64,000 nucleotides of DNA from Escherichia coli (GTDB lineage: Bacteria > Pseudomonadota > Gammaproteobacteria > Enterobacterales > Enterobacteriaceae). The stretch is taken from the NCBI RefSeq assembly GCF_965641715.1, contig NZ_OZ282453.1; one strand, given 5' to 3'. The notes beneath the pieces are model-generated. The model made no database searches and was not told the DNA's origin. It saw nothing but the letters and a program-made list of their open reading frames with translations. The position numbers and the translations under genes are program-made. Below, one piece after another: positions 45,522 to 57,385 of the stretch; position 1 is the first letter of the stretch, and the number at the start of each line of letters is the position of its first letter.

Positions 45522-45785
45522 ATGAAGCCCAATATCCATCCTGAGTATCGTACTGTGGTGTTCCACGACACCAGTGTTGATGAGTACTTTAAAATCGGCT
45601 CGACTATCAAAACAGACCGTGAGATTGAGCTGGATGGCGTAACGTATCCGTACGTAACAATTGATGTCTCTTCGAAATCGCACCCGTTCTATACAAGGAA
45701 GCTGAGAACAGTGGCATCAGAAGGAAATGTTGCACGGTTCACCCAACGTTTTGGTCGTTTTGTTAGCACGAAAAAGGGGGCATGA
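45522..45785 (+). CDS. ykgM: Ribosomal protein L31 paralogue, type B (zinc-independent)
   Basis: 87 aa [18 protein letters not shown]; lacks the CxxC zinc ribbon of L31. Confidence 0.9.
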   Translation: MKPNIHPEYRTVVFHDTSVDEYFKIGSTIKTDREIELDGVTYPYVTIDVSSKSHPFYTRKLRTVASEGNVARFTQRFGRFVSTKKGA

Positions 45786-45925
45786 TGAAAGTCCTTAACT
45801 CTCTGCGTACCGCAAAAGAACGCCATCCAGACTGTCAGATTGTGAAGCGAAAAGGACGGCTATATGTGATTTGTAAATCTAATCCACGCTTTAAGGCCGT
45901 TCAGGGTCGTAAGAAAAAACGTTGA
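45785..45925 (+). CDS. ykgO: Ribosomal protein L36 paralogue (zinc-independent)
   Basis: 46 aa [46 protein letters not shown]; start overlaps the ykgM stop. Confidence 0.85.
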   Translation: MKVLNSLRTAKERHPDCQIVKRKGRLYVICKSNPRFKAVQGRKKKR

Positions 45926-45976
45926 TTTAAAATTCGACGAATTAACGATATTTGTCTGATTAATAATCAGACCGGA

Positions 45977-46013
45977 TTAATGTTGGTGTATTTATTACAC
46001 CAGCATTAATTTT
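45977..46013 (+). terminator. Intrinsic terminator after ykgO
   Basis: 14-bp stem ttaatgttggtgta/tacaccagcattaa (one G-U pair), 5-nt loop, then TTTT. Confidence 0.6.
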
Positions 46014-46940
46014 CCTGGGGATGTATCTTCCTGTTCATTTAAGGTCAACTGCCTGACGTTTCTCTCCGAATATTCCATTATATTAATGTTGACTTGTTGA
46101 CCAGCTTCGCCCCTGTATGCTGGCATCAACCCTCTTTTAGACTGAACACGCCACTCAGTTTCCTCCCTTTGCGACGCAGCCTGCATTTACACTCAAACTG
46201 TTAAGATGATAAATGTGGTAAATCTGTTGGTACTGACATAAAAACGTTTACGCCACAGGAACGGCCTGATCCACCGGTAACCCCGTCGCCGACGTTCGAG
46301 TGCCAGTTAGAGTAACGCGCACAGATGACTGAATGCAGTGCCCTGGCAAAGAGGCCATCGTTCCGGTGACAACTGGCAGTCTTCGTTTAACTTCACTTAA
46401 TCTGGCTCTTAGGGGGCTTACCGGACAGATGACGTACTTACACCTGTTTAATTTTTCATCACTTATTGGGATGAACACCCATAACCATTTTGTGCGGCAT
46501 GTTAACCCATTAAAACACCTTACTGATTGGCAAATCATCTTTAATTATGACTCATGATAGTTTTATATTCTATTTCTTATCATTTAGACTTGTTTTTTTA
46601 CTAGTCCATTACACAACACATTAAGACTATTCCTAACATCTCAGGGCAAAGTTCCTGGCTAATATAAAATGCAAGTAAGAATTGAACGTTATATTGCCAA
46701 TAACCTTATGAAACTGAATGTCTTTTTCTTCTTATCAAAAAAGCAATATTTTCATTTTTTGTAAATATTGACTTAACCATGGAATTCATTTTCTGTTCAC
46801 ATATTGACACTCATCAGGAAAAAAACATAAATTTAAACCTAATCGAAATAATTAAAACTTAATCTCGTTTAACCTATATTGATATGTGCTACGTATCTTA
46901 TTTACTTCCGATTTACTAAAGAAACTGAATGTACCTGTAA

Positions 46941-47552
<612 letters not shown>

Positions 47553-47626
47553 ACTCCAGGCAAGTTAGTTTTAAAAAATGACTCACTGGGACATCACGTC
47601 CTCAATTCAACTCGGGAAGAAATACA

Positions 47627-48214
47627 ATGAAAAAAAAGGTTCTGGCAATAGCTCTGGTAACGGTGTTTACCGGCATGGGTGTGGCGCAGGCTGCTGATGT
47701 AACAGCTCAGGCTGTAGCGACCTGGTCGGCAACAGCCAAAAAAGACACCACCAGTAAGCTGGTTGTGACGCCACTCGGTAGCCTGGCGTTCCAGTATGCC
47801 GAAGGCATTAAAGGTTTTAACTCACAGAAAGGTCTATTTGACGTGGCTATCGAAGGTGACTCAACGGCTACCGCCTTTAAACTGACCTCACGTCTTATCA
47901 CCAACACATTAACCCAGTTGGATACCTCAGGTTCCACACTGAATGTGGGCGTGGATTATAACGGCGCGGCAGTCGAAAAAACTGGCGATACCGTGATGAT
48001 CGATACCGCCAACGGCGTACTGGGCGGCAACCTTAGCCCGCTGGCAAACGGTTACAATGCCAGCAATCGTACCACCGCACAGGATGGTTTCACTTTCTCC
48101 ATCATCAGCGGCACCACCAATGGTACCACCGCAGTAACCGATTACAGCACTCTACCGGAAGGCATCTGGAGCGGCGACGTTAGCGTACAGTTCGACGCGA
48201 CCTGGACCAGTTAA
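47627..48214 (+). CDS. ecpA: Major pilin of the E. coli common pilus (EcpA/MatB)
   Basis: 195 aa with signal peptide ending VAQA; Thr/Ser/Gly-rich pilin-like body. Confidence 0.9.
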   Translation: MKKKVLAIALVTVFTGMGVAQAADVTAQAVATWSATAKKDTTSKLVVTPLGSLAFQYAEGIKGFNSQKGLFDVAIEGDSTATAFKLTSRLITNTLTQLDTSGSTLNVGVDYNGAAVEKTGDTVMIDTANGVLGGNLSPLANGYNASNRTTAQDGFTFSIISGTTNGTTAVTDYSTLPEGIWSGDVSVQFDATWTS

Positions 48215-48271
48215 TCTCTCTGATGTACCAGCAGGGGTAGCCCCCCTGCTTTATTCCTGGACGGAATTGTT

Positions 48272-48940
48272 ATGAAAAAGCACCTTCTGCTTCTCGCTCT
48301 GCTGTTATCCGGAATATCTCCGGCCCAGGCGCTGGATGTCGGCGATATATCATCGTTTATGAACAGTGACAGCAGCACGCTGAGCAAAACGATCAAAAAC
48401 AGTACCGACAGTGGTCGCCTTATCAATATCCGTCTCGAACGGCTCTCTTCACCGCTTGACGACGGGCAGGTTATCTCAATGGACAAGCCGGACGAGTTGC
48501 TACTCACTCCCGCCAGCTTGCTGCTACCCGCCCAAGCCAGCGAAGTGATCCGCTTCTTCTATAAGGGACCAGCAGATGAAAAAGAGCGCTACTACCGCAT
48601 TGTCTGGTTTGATCAGGCCCTCAGTGATGCGCAGCGCGATAATGCCAACCGCAGCGCTGTGGCCACTGCTTCCGCCCGCATCGGCACCATTCTGGTCGTC
48701 GCCCCCCGCCAGGCAAACTACCACTTTCAGTACGCCAACGGCACCCTGACAAATACAGGAAATGCGACGCTGCGGATCCTCGCCTACGGCCCCTGCCTGA
48801 AAGCCGCCAATGGTAAAGAGTGTAAAGAGAATTACTACCTGATGCCGGGCAAGTCGCGTCGTTTTACCCGCGTGGACACTGCGGATAACAAAGGACGGGT
48901 TGCACTTTGGCAGGGTGATAAGTTCATTCCCGTGAAATAG
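48272..48940 (+). CDS. ecpB: ECP periplasmic chaperone
   Basis: 222 aa with signal peptide; second gene of the ecp operon. Confidence 0.85.
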   Translation: MKKHLLLLALLLSGISPAQALDVGDISSFMNSDSSTLSKTIKNSTDSGRLINIRLERLSSPLDDGQVISMDKPDELLLTPASLLLPAQASEVIRFFYKGPADEKERYYRIVWFDQALSDAQRDNANRSAVATASARIGTILVVAPRQANYHFQYANGTLTNTGNATLRILAYGPCLKAANGKECKENYYLMPGKSRRFTRVDTADNKGRVALWQGDKFIPVK

Positions 48941-48965
48941 ATAGCTGTGCAGATGGATAACGACA

Positions 48966-51491
48966 ATGCCTTTACGACGGTTCTCCCCAGGACTGAAAGC
49001 CCAGTTTGCCTTCGGCATGGTCTTTTTGTTCGTTCAGCCCGATGCCAGCGCTGCTGACATAAGTGCGCAGCAAATAGGTGGGGTGATTATTCCGCAGGCC
49101 TTCAGTCAGGCGCTCCAGGACGGCATGAGCGTCCCGCTTTACATTCATCTCGCCGGTAGCCAGGGTCGCCAGGACGATCAGCGAATCGGCAGCGCTTTTA
49201 TCTGGCTGGATGATGGACAGCTACGCATCCGGAAAATACAGCTGGAAGAGAGTGAAGATAACGCCAGTGTCAGCGAACAAACTCGACAGCAGCTGATGGC
49301 TCTGGCGAACGCCCCGTTCAATGAGGCCCTTACCATCCCCCTGACTGACAACGCGCAGTTGGATCTCAGCTTGCGCCAACTGCTGCTGCAGCTGGTGGTC
49401 AAGCGCGAAGCGCTGGGCACCGTACTACGCTCACGTAGCGAAGACATCGGGCAGTCCAGTGTTAACACCCTCAGCAGCAATCTGAGCTATAACTTGGGCG
49501 TCTATAACAACCAGTTGCGTAACGGCGGGAGCAACACATCCAGCTATCTGTCGCTGAATAACGTTACTGCGCTGCGCGAACATCATGTGGTGCTCGACGG
49601 CTCGCTGTACGGGATCGGTAGCGGTCAACAGGACAGTGAATTATATAAAGCGATGTATGAACGCGATTTTGCCGGTCACCGATTTGCCGGTGGAATGCTC
49701 GACACCTGGAACTTGCAGTCCTTAGGGCCGATGACCGCCATTTCAGCAGGGAAGATTTACGGCCTTTCCTGGGGAAACCAGGCCAGCTCCACCATCTTCG
49801 ACAGCAGCCAGTCAGCCACGCCAGTGATCGCCTTTTTACCGGCGGCGGGCGAAGTACATCTCACCCGTGATGGGCGGTTACTAAGCGTTCAGAACTTCAC
49901 CATGGGCAATCATGAAGTGGATACCCGGGGTCTACCGTACGGTATTTACGATGTGGAAGTTGAGGTGATCGTTAACGGTCGCGTGATCAGCAAACGCACT
50001 CAACGGGTCAATAAGCTGTTTAGCCGGGGGCGCGGCGTCGGTGCACCACTGGCGTGGCAGATATGGGGCGGTAGCTTTCATATGGATCGCTGGTCGGAAA
50101 ACGGGAAAAAGACGCGACCAGCTAAAGAGAGTTGGCTGGCAGGTGCCTCGACCTCCGGCTCACTGAGTACGCTTAGCTGGGCGGCAACGGGATATGGATA
50201 CGATAATCAGGCGGTGGGTGAAACCCGTCTGACGCTGCCGCTTGGGGGAGCGATCAACGTTAACCTGCAAAATATGCTGGCCAGTGACAGCTCATGGAGC
50301 AACATCGCCAGCATCAGCGCCACTCTACCGGGAGGCTTTAGTTCGCTGTGGGTTAACCAGGAAAAAACCCGCATTGGCAATCAATTGCGACGTAGCGATG
50401 CCGACAACCGTGCAATCGGCGGCACACTCAACCTGAACTCACTGTGGTCGAAGCTGGGCACATTCAGCATCAGCTACAATGATGACCGCCGTTACAACAG
50501 CCATTATTACACGGCAGATTACTATCAAAATGTCTACAGCGGTCCCTTTGGTTCGCTTGGCCTGCGGGCCGGTATTCAGCGCTATAACAACGGCGACAGC
50601 AACGCCAATACAGGGAAATATATCGCTCTCGATCTCTCGCTACCACTGGGCAACTGGTTTAGCGCAGGGATGACTCATCAAAACGGCTACACCATGGCAA
50701 ACCTGTCAGCACGCAAGCAGTTTGATGAAGGGACCATTCGCACTGTTGGTGCCAATCTGTCACGAGCCATCTCCGGCGATACCGGTGATGACAAAACTCT
50801 CAGTGGTGGGGCGTATGCACAGTTCGACGCTCGCTACGCCAGCGGAACGCTGAACGTCAATAGCGCGGCGGACGGCTACGTCAATACCAATTTAACCGCC
50901 AATGGCAGCGTCGGCTGGCAGGGTAAAAACATTGCTGCCAGCGGGCGGACTGATGGCAACGCTGGGGTGATATTCAACACCGGGCTGGAGGACGACGGTC
51001 AGATCAGCGCCAAAATCAACGGGCGGATTTTCCCGCTTAACGGCAAGCGTAACTATCTCCCGCTCTCTCCCTATGGAAGATATGAGGTGGAGTTACAGAA
51101 CAGCAAAAACTCACTCGACAGTTACGATATCGTCAGCGGTCGCAAAAGTCATCTGACTCTCTATCCAGGCAATGTCGCTGTCATTGAGCCAGAGGTGAAG
51201 CAGATGGTTACCGTCTCCGGTCGTATCCGTGCGGAAGACGGCACACTGCTGGCTAACGCACGGATTAACAACCATATCGGCCGAACCCGAACCGATGAAA
51301 ACGGCGAGTTTGTCATGGATGTGGACAAGAAATACCCCACTATCGATTTTCGCTACAGTGGCAATAAAACCTGCGAAGTGGCACTGGAACTCAACCAGGC
51401 GCGCGGTGCCGTCTGGGTCGGTGATGTGGTCTGCAGCGGCCTCTCATCGTGGGCGGCGGTGACGCAGACAGGAGAAGAGAATGAGAGTTAA
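48966..51491 (+). CDS. ecpC: ECP outer-membrane usher
   Basis: 841 aa with signal peptide; size and position of the usher. Confidence 0.88.
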   Translation: MPLRRFSPGLKAQFAFGMVFLFVQPDASAADISAQQIGGVIIPQAFSQALQDGMSVPLYIHLAGSQGRQDDQRIGSAFIWLDDGQLRIRKIQLEESEDNASVSEQTRQQLMALANAPFNEALTIPLTDNAQLDLSLRQLLLQLVVKREALGTVLRSRSEDIGQSSVNTLSSNLSYNLGVYNNQLRNGGSNTSSYLSLNNVTALREHHVVLDGSLYGIGSGQQDSELYKAMYERDFAGHRFAGGMLDTWNLQSLGPMTAISAGKIYGLSWGNQASSTIFDSSQSATPVIAFLPAAGEVHLTRDGRLLSVQNFTMGNHEVDTRGLPYGIYDVEVEVIVNGRVISKRTQRVNKLFSRGRGVGAPLAWQIWGGSFHMDRWSENGKKTRPAKESWLAGASTSGSLSTLSWAATGYGYDNQAVGETRLTLPLGGAINVNLQNMLASDSSWSNIASISATLPGGFSSLWVNQEKTRIGNQLRRSDADNRAIGGTLNLNSLWSKLGTFSISYNDDRRYNSHYYTADYYQNVYSGPFGSLGLRAGIQRYNNGDSNANTGKYIALDLSLPLGNWFSAGMTHQNGYTMANLSARKQFDEGTIRTVGANLSRAISGDTGDDKTLSGGAYAQFDARYASGTLNVNSAADGYVNTNLTANGSVGWQGKNIAASGRTDGNAGVIFNTGLEDDGQISAKINGRIFPLNGKRNYLPLSPYGRYEVELQNSKNSLDSYDIVSGRKSHLTLYPGNVAVIEPEVKQMVTVSGRIRAEDGTLLANARINNHIGRTRTDENGEFVMDVDKKYPTIDFRYSGNKTCEVALELNQARGAVWVGDVVCSGLSSWAAVTQTGEENES

Positions 51492-53124
51492 CCTACTGAT
51501 AGCGATGATAATCTTTGCGCTAATCTGGCCTGCAACCGCGCTCAGAGCTGCAGTGAGCAAAACAACCTGGGCGGATGCACCGGCACGCGAGTTTGTGTTT
51601 GTCGAAAACAACTCAGACGACAACTTTTTCGTCACTCCTGGCGGGGCGCTGGATCCGCGCCTGACCGGTGCCAACCGCTGGACCGGTTTAAAATACAATG
51701 GTTCAGGAACCATCTATCAGCAAAGCCTCGGCTATATTGATAACGGTTACAACACCGGCCTTTATACCAACTGGAAGTTTGATATGTGGCTGGAAAATTC
51801 ACCAGTTTCATCTCCTTTAACTGGCTTGCGCTGCATCAACTGGTACGCTGGGTGTAATATGACCACCAGTCTTATCCTGCCGCAAACCACCGACGCCAGT
51901 GGATTTTATGGCGCGACGGTGACCAGCGGCGGCGCGAAGTGGATGCACGGCATGTTGTCAGACGCGTTTTACCAGTATCTGCAACAAATGCCCGTCGGCA
52001 GCAGCTTTACAATGACCATCAATGCCTGCCAGACCTCTGTGAACTATGACGCCAGCAGCGGCGCACGCTGTAAGGATCAGGCCTCCGGCAACTGGTATGT
52101 TCGCAACGTCACCCATACGAAAGCAGCAAATCTACGGTTGATAAATACCCACTCGCTGGCGGAAGTATTTATCAACAGCGACGGAGTACCGACTCTGGGC
52201 GAAGGGAACGCCGACTGCCGGACGCAAACCATCGGCAGCCGTTCAGGATTAAGTTGTAAGATGGTTAACTATACCCTGCAAACAAACGGACTCAGCAACA
52301 CCTCAATCCATATATTCCCGGCGATCGCCAACTCGTCGTTAGCCTCGGCCGTCGGGGCGTACGATATGCAGTTCAGTCTGAATGGCAGTTCATGGAAACC
52401 GGTGAGCAATACTGCCTATTACTACACCTTCAACGAGATGAAGAGCGCAGACTCGATCTATGTTTTCTTCTCGAGCAACTTCTTTAAGCAGATGGTGAAC
52501 CTCGGGATCAGCGATATCAACACCAAAGATCTATTCAACTTTCGCTTTCAGAACACCACATCACCGGAGTCTGGCTGGTATGAATTTTCTACCTCCAACA
52601 CGCTGATTATCAAACCCCGTGATTTCAGCATCAGTATTATCTCCGATGAATATACTCAGACACCGTCGCGGGAGGGATATGTTGGCAGCGGCGAGTCGGC
52701 ACTCGATTTCGGCTATATCGTAACCACCAGCGGTAAAACAGCTGCCGACGAAGTGCTGATCAAGGTGACCGGACCCGCGCAGGTGATTGGCGGGCGCTCC
52801 TATTGTGTCTTCAGCTCCGATGACGGTAAGGCGAAAGTACCGTTCCCGGCGACGCTTTCCTTTATTACCCGCAACGGAGCTACAAAAACCTACGATGCCG
52901 GGTGCGATGATAGCTGGCGGGATATGACCGATGCGCTGTGGCTGACCACACCGTGGACTGATATCTCTGGCGAAGTGGGGCAGATGGATAAGACCACAGT
53001 CAAATTTTCGATTCCAATGGATAACGCCATTTCGCTGCGTACGGTAGATGATAACGGCTGGTTTGGCGAAGTCAGCGCTTCAGGAGAAATTCATGTTCAG
53101 GCGACGTGGCGTAACATTAACTAA
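51481..53124 (+). CDS. ecpD: ECP tip adhesin / minor pilin
   Basis: 547 aa with signal peptide; overlaps ecpC end by 11 nt. Confidence 0.85.
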   Translation: MRVNLLIAMIIFALIWPATALRAAVSKTTWADAPAREFVFVENNSDDNFFVTPGGALDPRLTGANRWTGLKYNGSGTIYQQSLGYIDNGYNTGLYTNWKFDMWLENSPVSSPLTGLRCINWYAGCNMTTSLILPQTTDASGFYGATVTSGGAKWMHGMLSDAFYQYLQQMPVGSSFTMTINACQTSVNYDASSGARCKDQASGNWYVRNVTHTKAANLRLINTHSLAEVFINSDGVPTLGEGNADCRTQTIGSRSGLSCKMVNYTLQTNGLSNTSIHIFPAIANSSLASAVGAYDMQFSLNGSSWKPVSNTAYYYTFNEMKSADSIYVFFSSNFFKQMVNLGISDINTKDLFNFRFQNTTSPESGWYEFSTSNTLIIKPRDFSISIISDEYTQTPSREGYVGSGESALDFGYIVTTSGKTAADEVLIKVTGPAQVIGGRSYCVFSSDDGKAKVPFPATLSFITRNGATKTYDAGCDDSWRDMTDALWLTTPWTDISGEVGQMDKTTVKFSIPMDNAISLRTVDDNGWFGEVSASGEIHVQATWRNIN

Positions 53125-53803
53125 GGCCCTGCTGACAGCGGTCTGTATGCTGGCGGCACCTTTGACACAGGCGATTTCGGTCGGCAATCTGACATTTTCG
53201 CTGCCGTCCGAGACTGACTTTGTCAGCAAACGTGTAGTGAATAACAACAAAAGCGCACGGATATACCGTATTGCCATCAGTGCTATTGATAGCCCGGGCA
53301 GCAGTGAATTGCGCACCCGACCGGTGGATGGTGAACTGCTTTTCGCCCCCCGCCAGCTGGCGTTGCAGGCTGGTGAGAGCGAGTATTTTAAATTTTACTA
53401 TCATGGTCCACAGGATAACCGCGAGCGCTACTACCGGGTCTCATTTCGCGAGGTCCCCACTCGTAACCAGACAAGACGCAGCCCAACCGGCGGCGAGGTC
53501 AGCACGGAGCCGGTGGTGGTGATGGATACCATTCTGGTAGTACGACCACGTCAGGTTCAGTTTAAATGGTCCTTCGACAAGGTGACAGGAACGGTAAGTA
53601 ACACTGGCAACACATGGTTTAAGCTACTGATTAAGCCAGGATGTGATTCGACCGAAGAGGAAGGCGATGCCTGGTATCTACGTCCGGGAGACGTGGTTCA
53701 TCAGCCTGAGTTACGTCAGCCGGGGAATCATTATCTGGTCTATAACGACAAATTCATTAAGATTAGCGATTCCTGTCCGGCTAAGCCCCCTTCGGTGGAC
53801 TAA
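53093..53803 (+). CDS. ecpE: ECP second chaperone
   Basis: 236 aa from ATG at 53093 preceded by aggagaa RBS (tool ORF starts 15 codons upstream); paralogous to EcpB (shared ERYYR and ILVV-PRQ motifs). Confidence 0.8.
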   Translation: MFRRRGVTLTKALLTAVCMLAAPLTQAISVGNLTFSLPSETDFVSKRVVNNNKSARIYRIAISAIDSPGSSELRTRPVDGELLFAPRQLALQAGESEYFKFYYHGPQDNRERYYRVSFREVPTRNQTRRSPTGGEVSTEPVVVMDTILVVRPRQVQFKWSFDKVTGTVSNTGNTWFKLLIKPGCDSTEEEGDAWYLRPGDVVHQPELRQPGNHYLVYNDKFIKISDSCPAKPPSVD

Positions 53804-54115
53804 GACTTATCCATCGGTCGAGGGAAGAATTCCACCTCAGAGACTCAAAAATCGTTTAAATGATGTGGAAGCGATCGTCAATATCACCTGTAACGATGGG
53901 CTTTCCCATATGCACACCATAGTGTTCAGGAGACACGGAAAGGTACCAGGCAGCCTGCTAACGAGTGGTTTATTCACGAATTAGTACGTAAAATCGGTAA
54001 CGGCTGGAAATCATTCAATACTCACACTATCGAAAGTACACCAGCCAACCGCGGTACGTTCTTACATACGATGTACCGCTGTTCTCTTTACGATTTATAG
54101 CTGTACTGGTGAATT

Positions 54116-54445
54116 ATGAGCAATCTGAATCCATGCATGACGTGTGGTGCCTGTTGTGCATTTTTCCGCGTCTCTTTTTACTGGGCCGAAGCCGACGATG
54201 CTGGCGGCACTATTCCCGCCAGGCTCACTGAACAAATATCCCCTTTTCACCGATGCATGAGCGGTACCAATCAGAAAAACCCCCGATGTATTGCCCTTGC
54301 AGGAACCCCGGGCAAAAATGCCTGCTGCACGATATATAAAAATCGATCGTCCACATGCAGAGAATTCGCCATGTCTGGTGAGAACGGAGTCGTCAATGAG
54401 GCTTGCAATCGTGCAAGGGCTAAATACGGGCTGACACCGTTATAA
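54116..54445 (+). CDS. ykgJ: Cysteine-cluster protein (putative zinc/iron-chelating domain)
   Basis: 109 aa with [11 protein letters not shown] cluster plus further Cys residues. Confidence 0.8.
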
Positions 54446-54464
54446 ACATAAATTAATTGCACTG

Positions 54465-54497
54465 CCCCGCCAGCGATAATAGCGGGGCTTCGTTTTT
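54465..54497 (+). terminator. Intrinsic terminator after ykgJ
   Basis: stem ccccgc/gcgggg with 11-nt loop, followed by cttcgTTTTT. Confidence 0.6.
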
Positions 54498-54644
54498 CAG
54501 GGGTAACAAAACCCGAAACTTCTTCTATTTGCCAGCAACAATGCCTCTCTTCTGTAGCGTTCTTCGGATCTACATCATCCTAAAGTAGCGCGATATACTC
54601 ACTGACTATCTGAATCAGAATATAAAAAGCAATGTTTTTAACCT

Positions 54645-54676
54645 ATAAAAATGGCGCTGTATTTGCGCCATTTTTA
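54645..54676. terminator. Bidirectional terminator between convergent ykgJ and yagU
   Basis: 8-bp stem aatggcgc/gcgccatt flanked by an A-run upstream and T-run downstream. Confidence 0.65.
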
Positions 54677-54688
54677 TCATTCAATGCA

Positions 54689-55303
54689 TTATCTGTTTGA
54701 GCCTAAGGGGATCTCAGGGTCTGGCTCATGAGTAATTCTGTTTCGTAAATCTCTGCGAATAATTTCAATGGACCAGAACCAGACTAAATGTCCAAAAATT
54801 TCAGAAACATTCTCATACCACGGGAGATCAAACAGAGGTGGTGTCAGTCCCATGAGAGGGAATGAAATCATATGAACAAAAAGTTGGGCTAAAGCACCTG
54901 CCAGTAAGCCCTGCCAGAGTTTAATTTTTGGAAATACTTCAGCGACCACACAATAACCGACAGCAAACACTATCGAAAAGATAATGTGCGTAACACCAAC
55001 CCAGTTAAAGACATGCCCGGCAAAGGTATAAACAGCCGCATTGGGATCTGTCAGCCCCAGCCAGTCTCGAAGAAAAATATACGGAGGATTGAGAAAATTA
55101 CGCGAGCAATCAATTTGCCCAGCAGCCCTGATTAATGATTCCGGGCCACACGCTGCATTAAACATATCCACCGGGCTACGTGGCGGCAATGGAACTTCAG
55201 CCCCCCACTTCACAAATGCGGAAACAACGCCAGCAATCAGCCCAATGAATGCAGCAAGACCATAACGTCTGCGGTTCGGTGGAGTTTGTTCAAATATATT
55301 CAT
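54689..55303 (-). CDS. yagU: Inner-membrane protein (DUF1440)
   Basis: 204 aa with several hydrophobic helices; matches remembered YagU. Confidence 0.85.
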
Positions 55304-55400
55304 ATCTACCCTGCTTGTACCATTATGTTATACACCTCTTTAGGAGTATTCATAAAACAAGGTAAATGTAAAGAACTGTATTGTTTTGTATAACAAGATG

Positions 55401-55444
55401 GTTGTCTAATCGCCAAAGAATAGTTGTCTAATCGCCAAAGAATA
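55401..55444. repeat. Perfect 22-bp tandem duplication in the yagU-paoA divergent intergenic region
   Basis: gttgtctaatcgccaaagaata occurs twice back to back (55401..55422 and 55423..55444). Confidence 0.9.
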
Positions 55445-55742
55445 TAAGCACCATCATTTCTCCCTATTTTTATATTAGAAGTGACATAGATTTGCAGGGT
55501 GATGCAGAGCTGACAATCACAGGTTTCCTTATCGGTTTTTGCATCGTACAACTAAAGCAATAAACCAGCTCCCATCATCATCAACATCCCGGCGAACATG
55601 AATTTATTAGCCGGGCTCATAGCTGCATTCGCGTTTTAAGAATAATCCTCCTGCTGTCGCCGACTATGCTTAACGTTTAAAAAAGCATCAGCACTCTCGC
55701 AACGCACTCTTATTTTCCCCTTTAGAATACCGGAGGCCTGGT

Positions 55743-56432
55743 ATGAGCAACCAAGGCGAATACCCCGAAGATAATCGGGTTGGGAAGCACGAGCCGCACG
55801 ATTTTAGTTTGACCCGTCGCGATCTGATTAAAGTGAGCGCCGCAACGGCGGCGACCGCCGTGGTTTATCCTCATTCTACGCTTGCGGCAAGCGTTCCGGC
55901 AGCTACACCCGCGCCTGAGATAATGCCCCTGACACTTAAGGTGAACGGCAAAACCGAGCAGCTTGAAGTGGATACCCGAACCACGCTACTGGACGCTTTG
56001 CGTGAAAATCTGCATTTGATCGGTACCAAGAAAGGTTGCGATCACGGACAGTGCGGAGCCTGTACCGTGCTGGTCAATGGTCGCAGGCTTAATGCCTGCC
56101 TGACGCTGGCAGTCATGCATCAGGGGGCCGAGATCACCACCATTGAAGGACTGGGTTCACCAGATAATCTTCACCCCATGCAGGCGGCCTTTATCAAGCA
56201 TGATGGCTTCCAGTGCGGCTACTGCACCTCCGGGCAAATTTGCTCATCAGTAGCGGTGCTAAAAGAGATTCAGGACGGCATTCCCAGTCACGTCACGGTC
56301 GATTTGGTTTCCCCTCCAGAAAGAACTGCCGATGAGATCCGTGAACGTATGAGCGGCAACATCTGTCGCTGTGGTGCATACGCTAACATCCTTGCCGCCA
56401 TTGAAGACGCTGCGGGGGAGATAAAATCATGA
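55743..56432 (+). CDS. paoA: Periplasmic aldehyde oxidoreductase, 2Fe-2S subunit
   Basis: 229 aa; Tat signal [18 protein letters not shown]; two [2Fe-2S] cysteine motifs ([11 protein letters not shown] and [11 protein letters not shown]). Confidence 0.92.
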   Translation: MSNQGEYPEDNRVGKHEPHDFSLTRRDLIKVSAATAATAVVYPHSTLAASVPAATPAPEIMPLTLKVNGKTEQLEVDTRTTLLDALRENLHLIGTKKGCDHGQCGACTVLVNGRRLNACLTLAVMHQGAEITTIEGLGSPDNLHPMQAAFIKHDGFQCGYCTSGQICSSVAVLKEIQDGIPSHVTVDLVSPPERTADEIRERMSGNICRCGAYANILAAIEDAAGEIKS

Positions 56433-57385
56433 AGGCGTTTACCTATGAACGAGTGAACACCCCCGCCGAGGCGGCACTTAGCGCTCAGCGCGTACCCGGC
56501 GCAAAATTTATCGCGGGCGGGACCAATCTGCTGGACCTGATGAAGCTGGAAATTGAAACGCCCACCCACCTTATCGATGTGAACGGCCTCGGGCTCGATA
56601 AGATCGAAGTGACCGACGCGGGTGGGCTGCGCATCGGCGCACTGGTACGGAACACCGACCTGGCGGCTCACGAGCGCGTGCGTCGTGATTACGCGGTACT
56701 CTCCCGCGCCCTGCTCGCTGGCGCGTCTGGTCAGTTACGTAATCAGGCAACCACCGCAGGTAATCTGCTCCAGCGCACGCGCTGCCCCTATTTTTACGAC
56801 ACCAATCAGCCCTGCAATAAGCGCCTGCCCGGGAGCGGCTGCGCGGCGCTTGAAGGCTTTAGCCGTCAGCACGCGGTGGTAGGCGTAAGCGAAGCCTGCA
56901 TTGCCACCCATCCGAGCGATATGGCGGTCGCAATGCGGTTGCTGGATGCGGTGGTGGAAACCATCACGCCGGAGGGAAAGACTCGCAGTATCACACTGGC
57001 TGATTTTTATCACCCACCGGGGAAAACGCCGCACATTGAAACCGCCCTGCTTCCCGGTGAGCTTATCGTTGCGGTGACGTTACCTCCGCCGCTCGGCGGA
57101 AAACATATCTACCGTAAAGTGCGCGATCGCGCCTCCTACGCCTTTGCCCTGGTATCGGTCGCGGCGATTATTCAGCCTGACGGCAGCGGGCGCGTCGCGC
57201 TGGGCGGAGTAGCACATAAGCCCTGGCGCATTGAGGCTGCGGATGCTCAGCTATCCCAGGGGGCGCAGGCCGTATATGACGCGCTGTTCGCCAGCGCCCA
57301 TCCCACCGCTGAAAACACCTTTAAACTCCTGTTGGCGAAGCGAACGCTTGCCTCCGTACTGGCTGAAGCGAGGGCACAAGCATGA
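56429..57385 (+). CDS. paoB: Periplasmic aldehyde oxidoreductase, FAD-binding subunit
   Basis: 318 aa; CO-dehydrogenase medium-subunit-like; 4-nt overlap with paoA. Confidence 0.9.
   Translation: MKAFTYERVNTPAEAALSAQRVPGAKFIAGGTNLLDLMKLEIETPTHLIDVNGLGLDKIEVTDAGGLRIGALVRNTDLAAHERVRRDYAVLSRALLAGASGQLRNQATTAGNLLQRTRCPYFYDTNQPCNKRLPGSGCAALEGFSRQHAVVGVSEACIATHPSDMAVAMRLLDAVVETITPEGKTRSITLADFYHPPGKTPHIETALLPGELIVAVTLPPPLGGKHIYRKVRDRASYAFALVSVAAIIQPDGSGRVALGGVAHKPWRIEAADAQLSQGAQAVYDALFASAHPTAENTFKLLLAKRTLASVLAEARAQA

Noticed and set aside
46248-46557. Overlapping small ORFs (96 aa minus, 74 aa plus) in the ykgO-ecpR intergenic region; possible ykgL-like small gene
   Set aside because: I cannot match either to a remembered protein with confidence. 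The region is AT-rich regulatory DNA upstream of ecpR, and no RBS or motif supports coding. Left unannotated.
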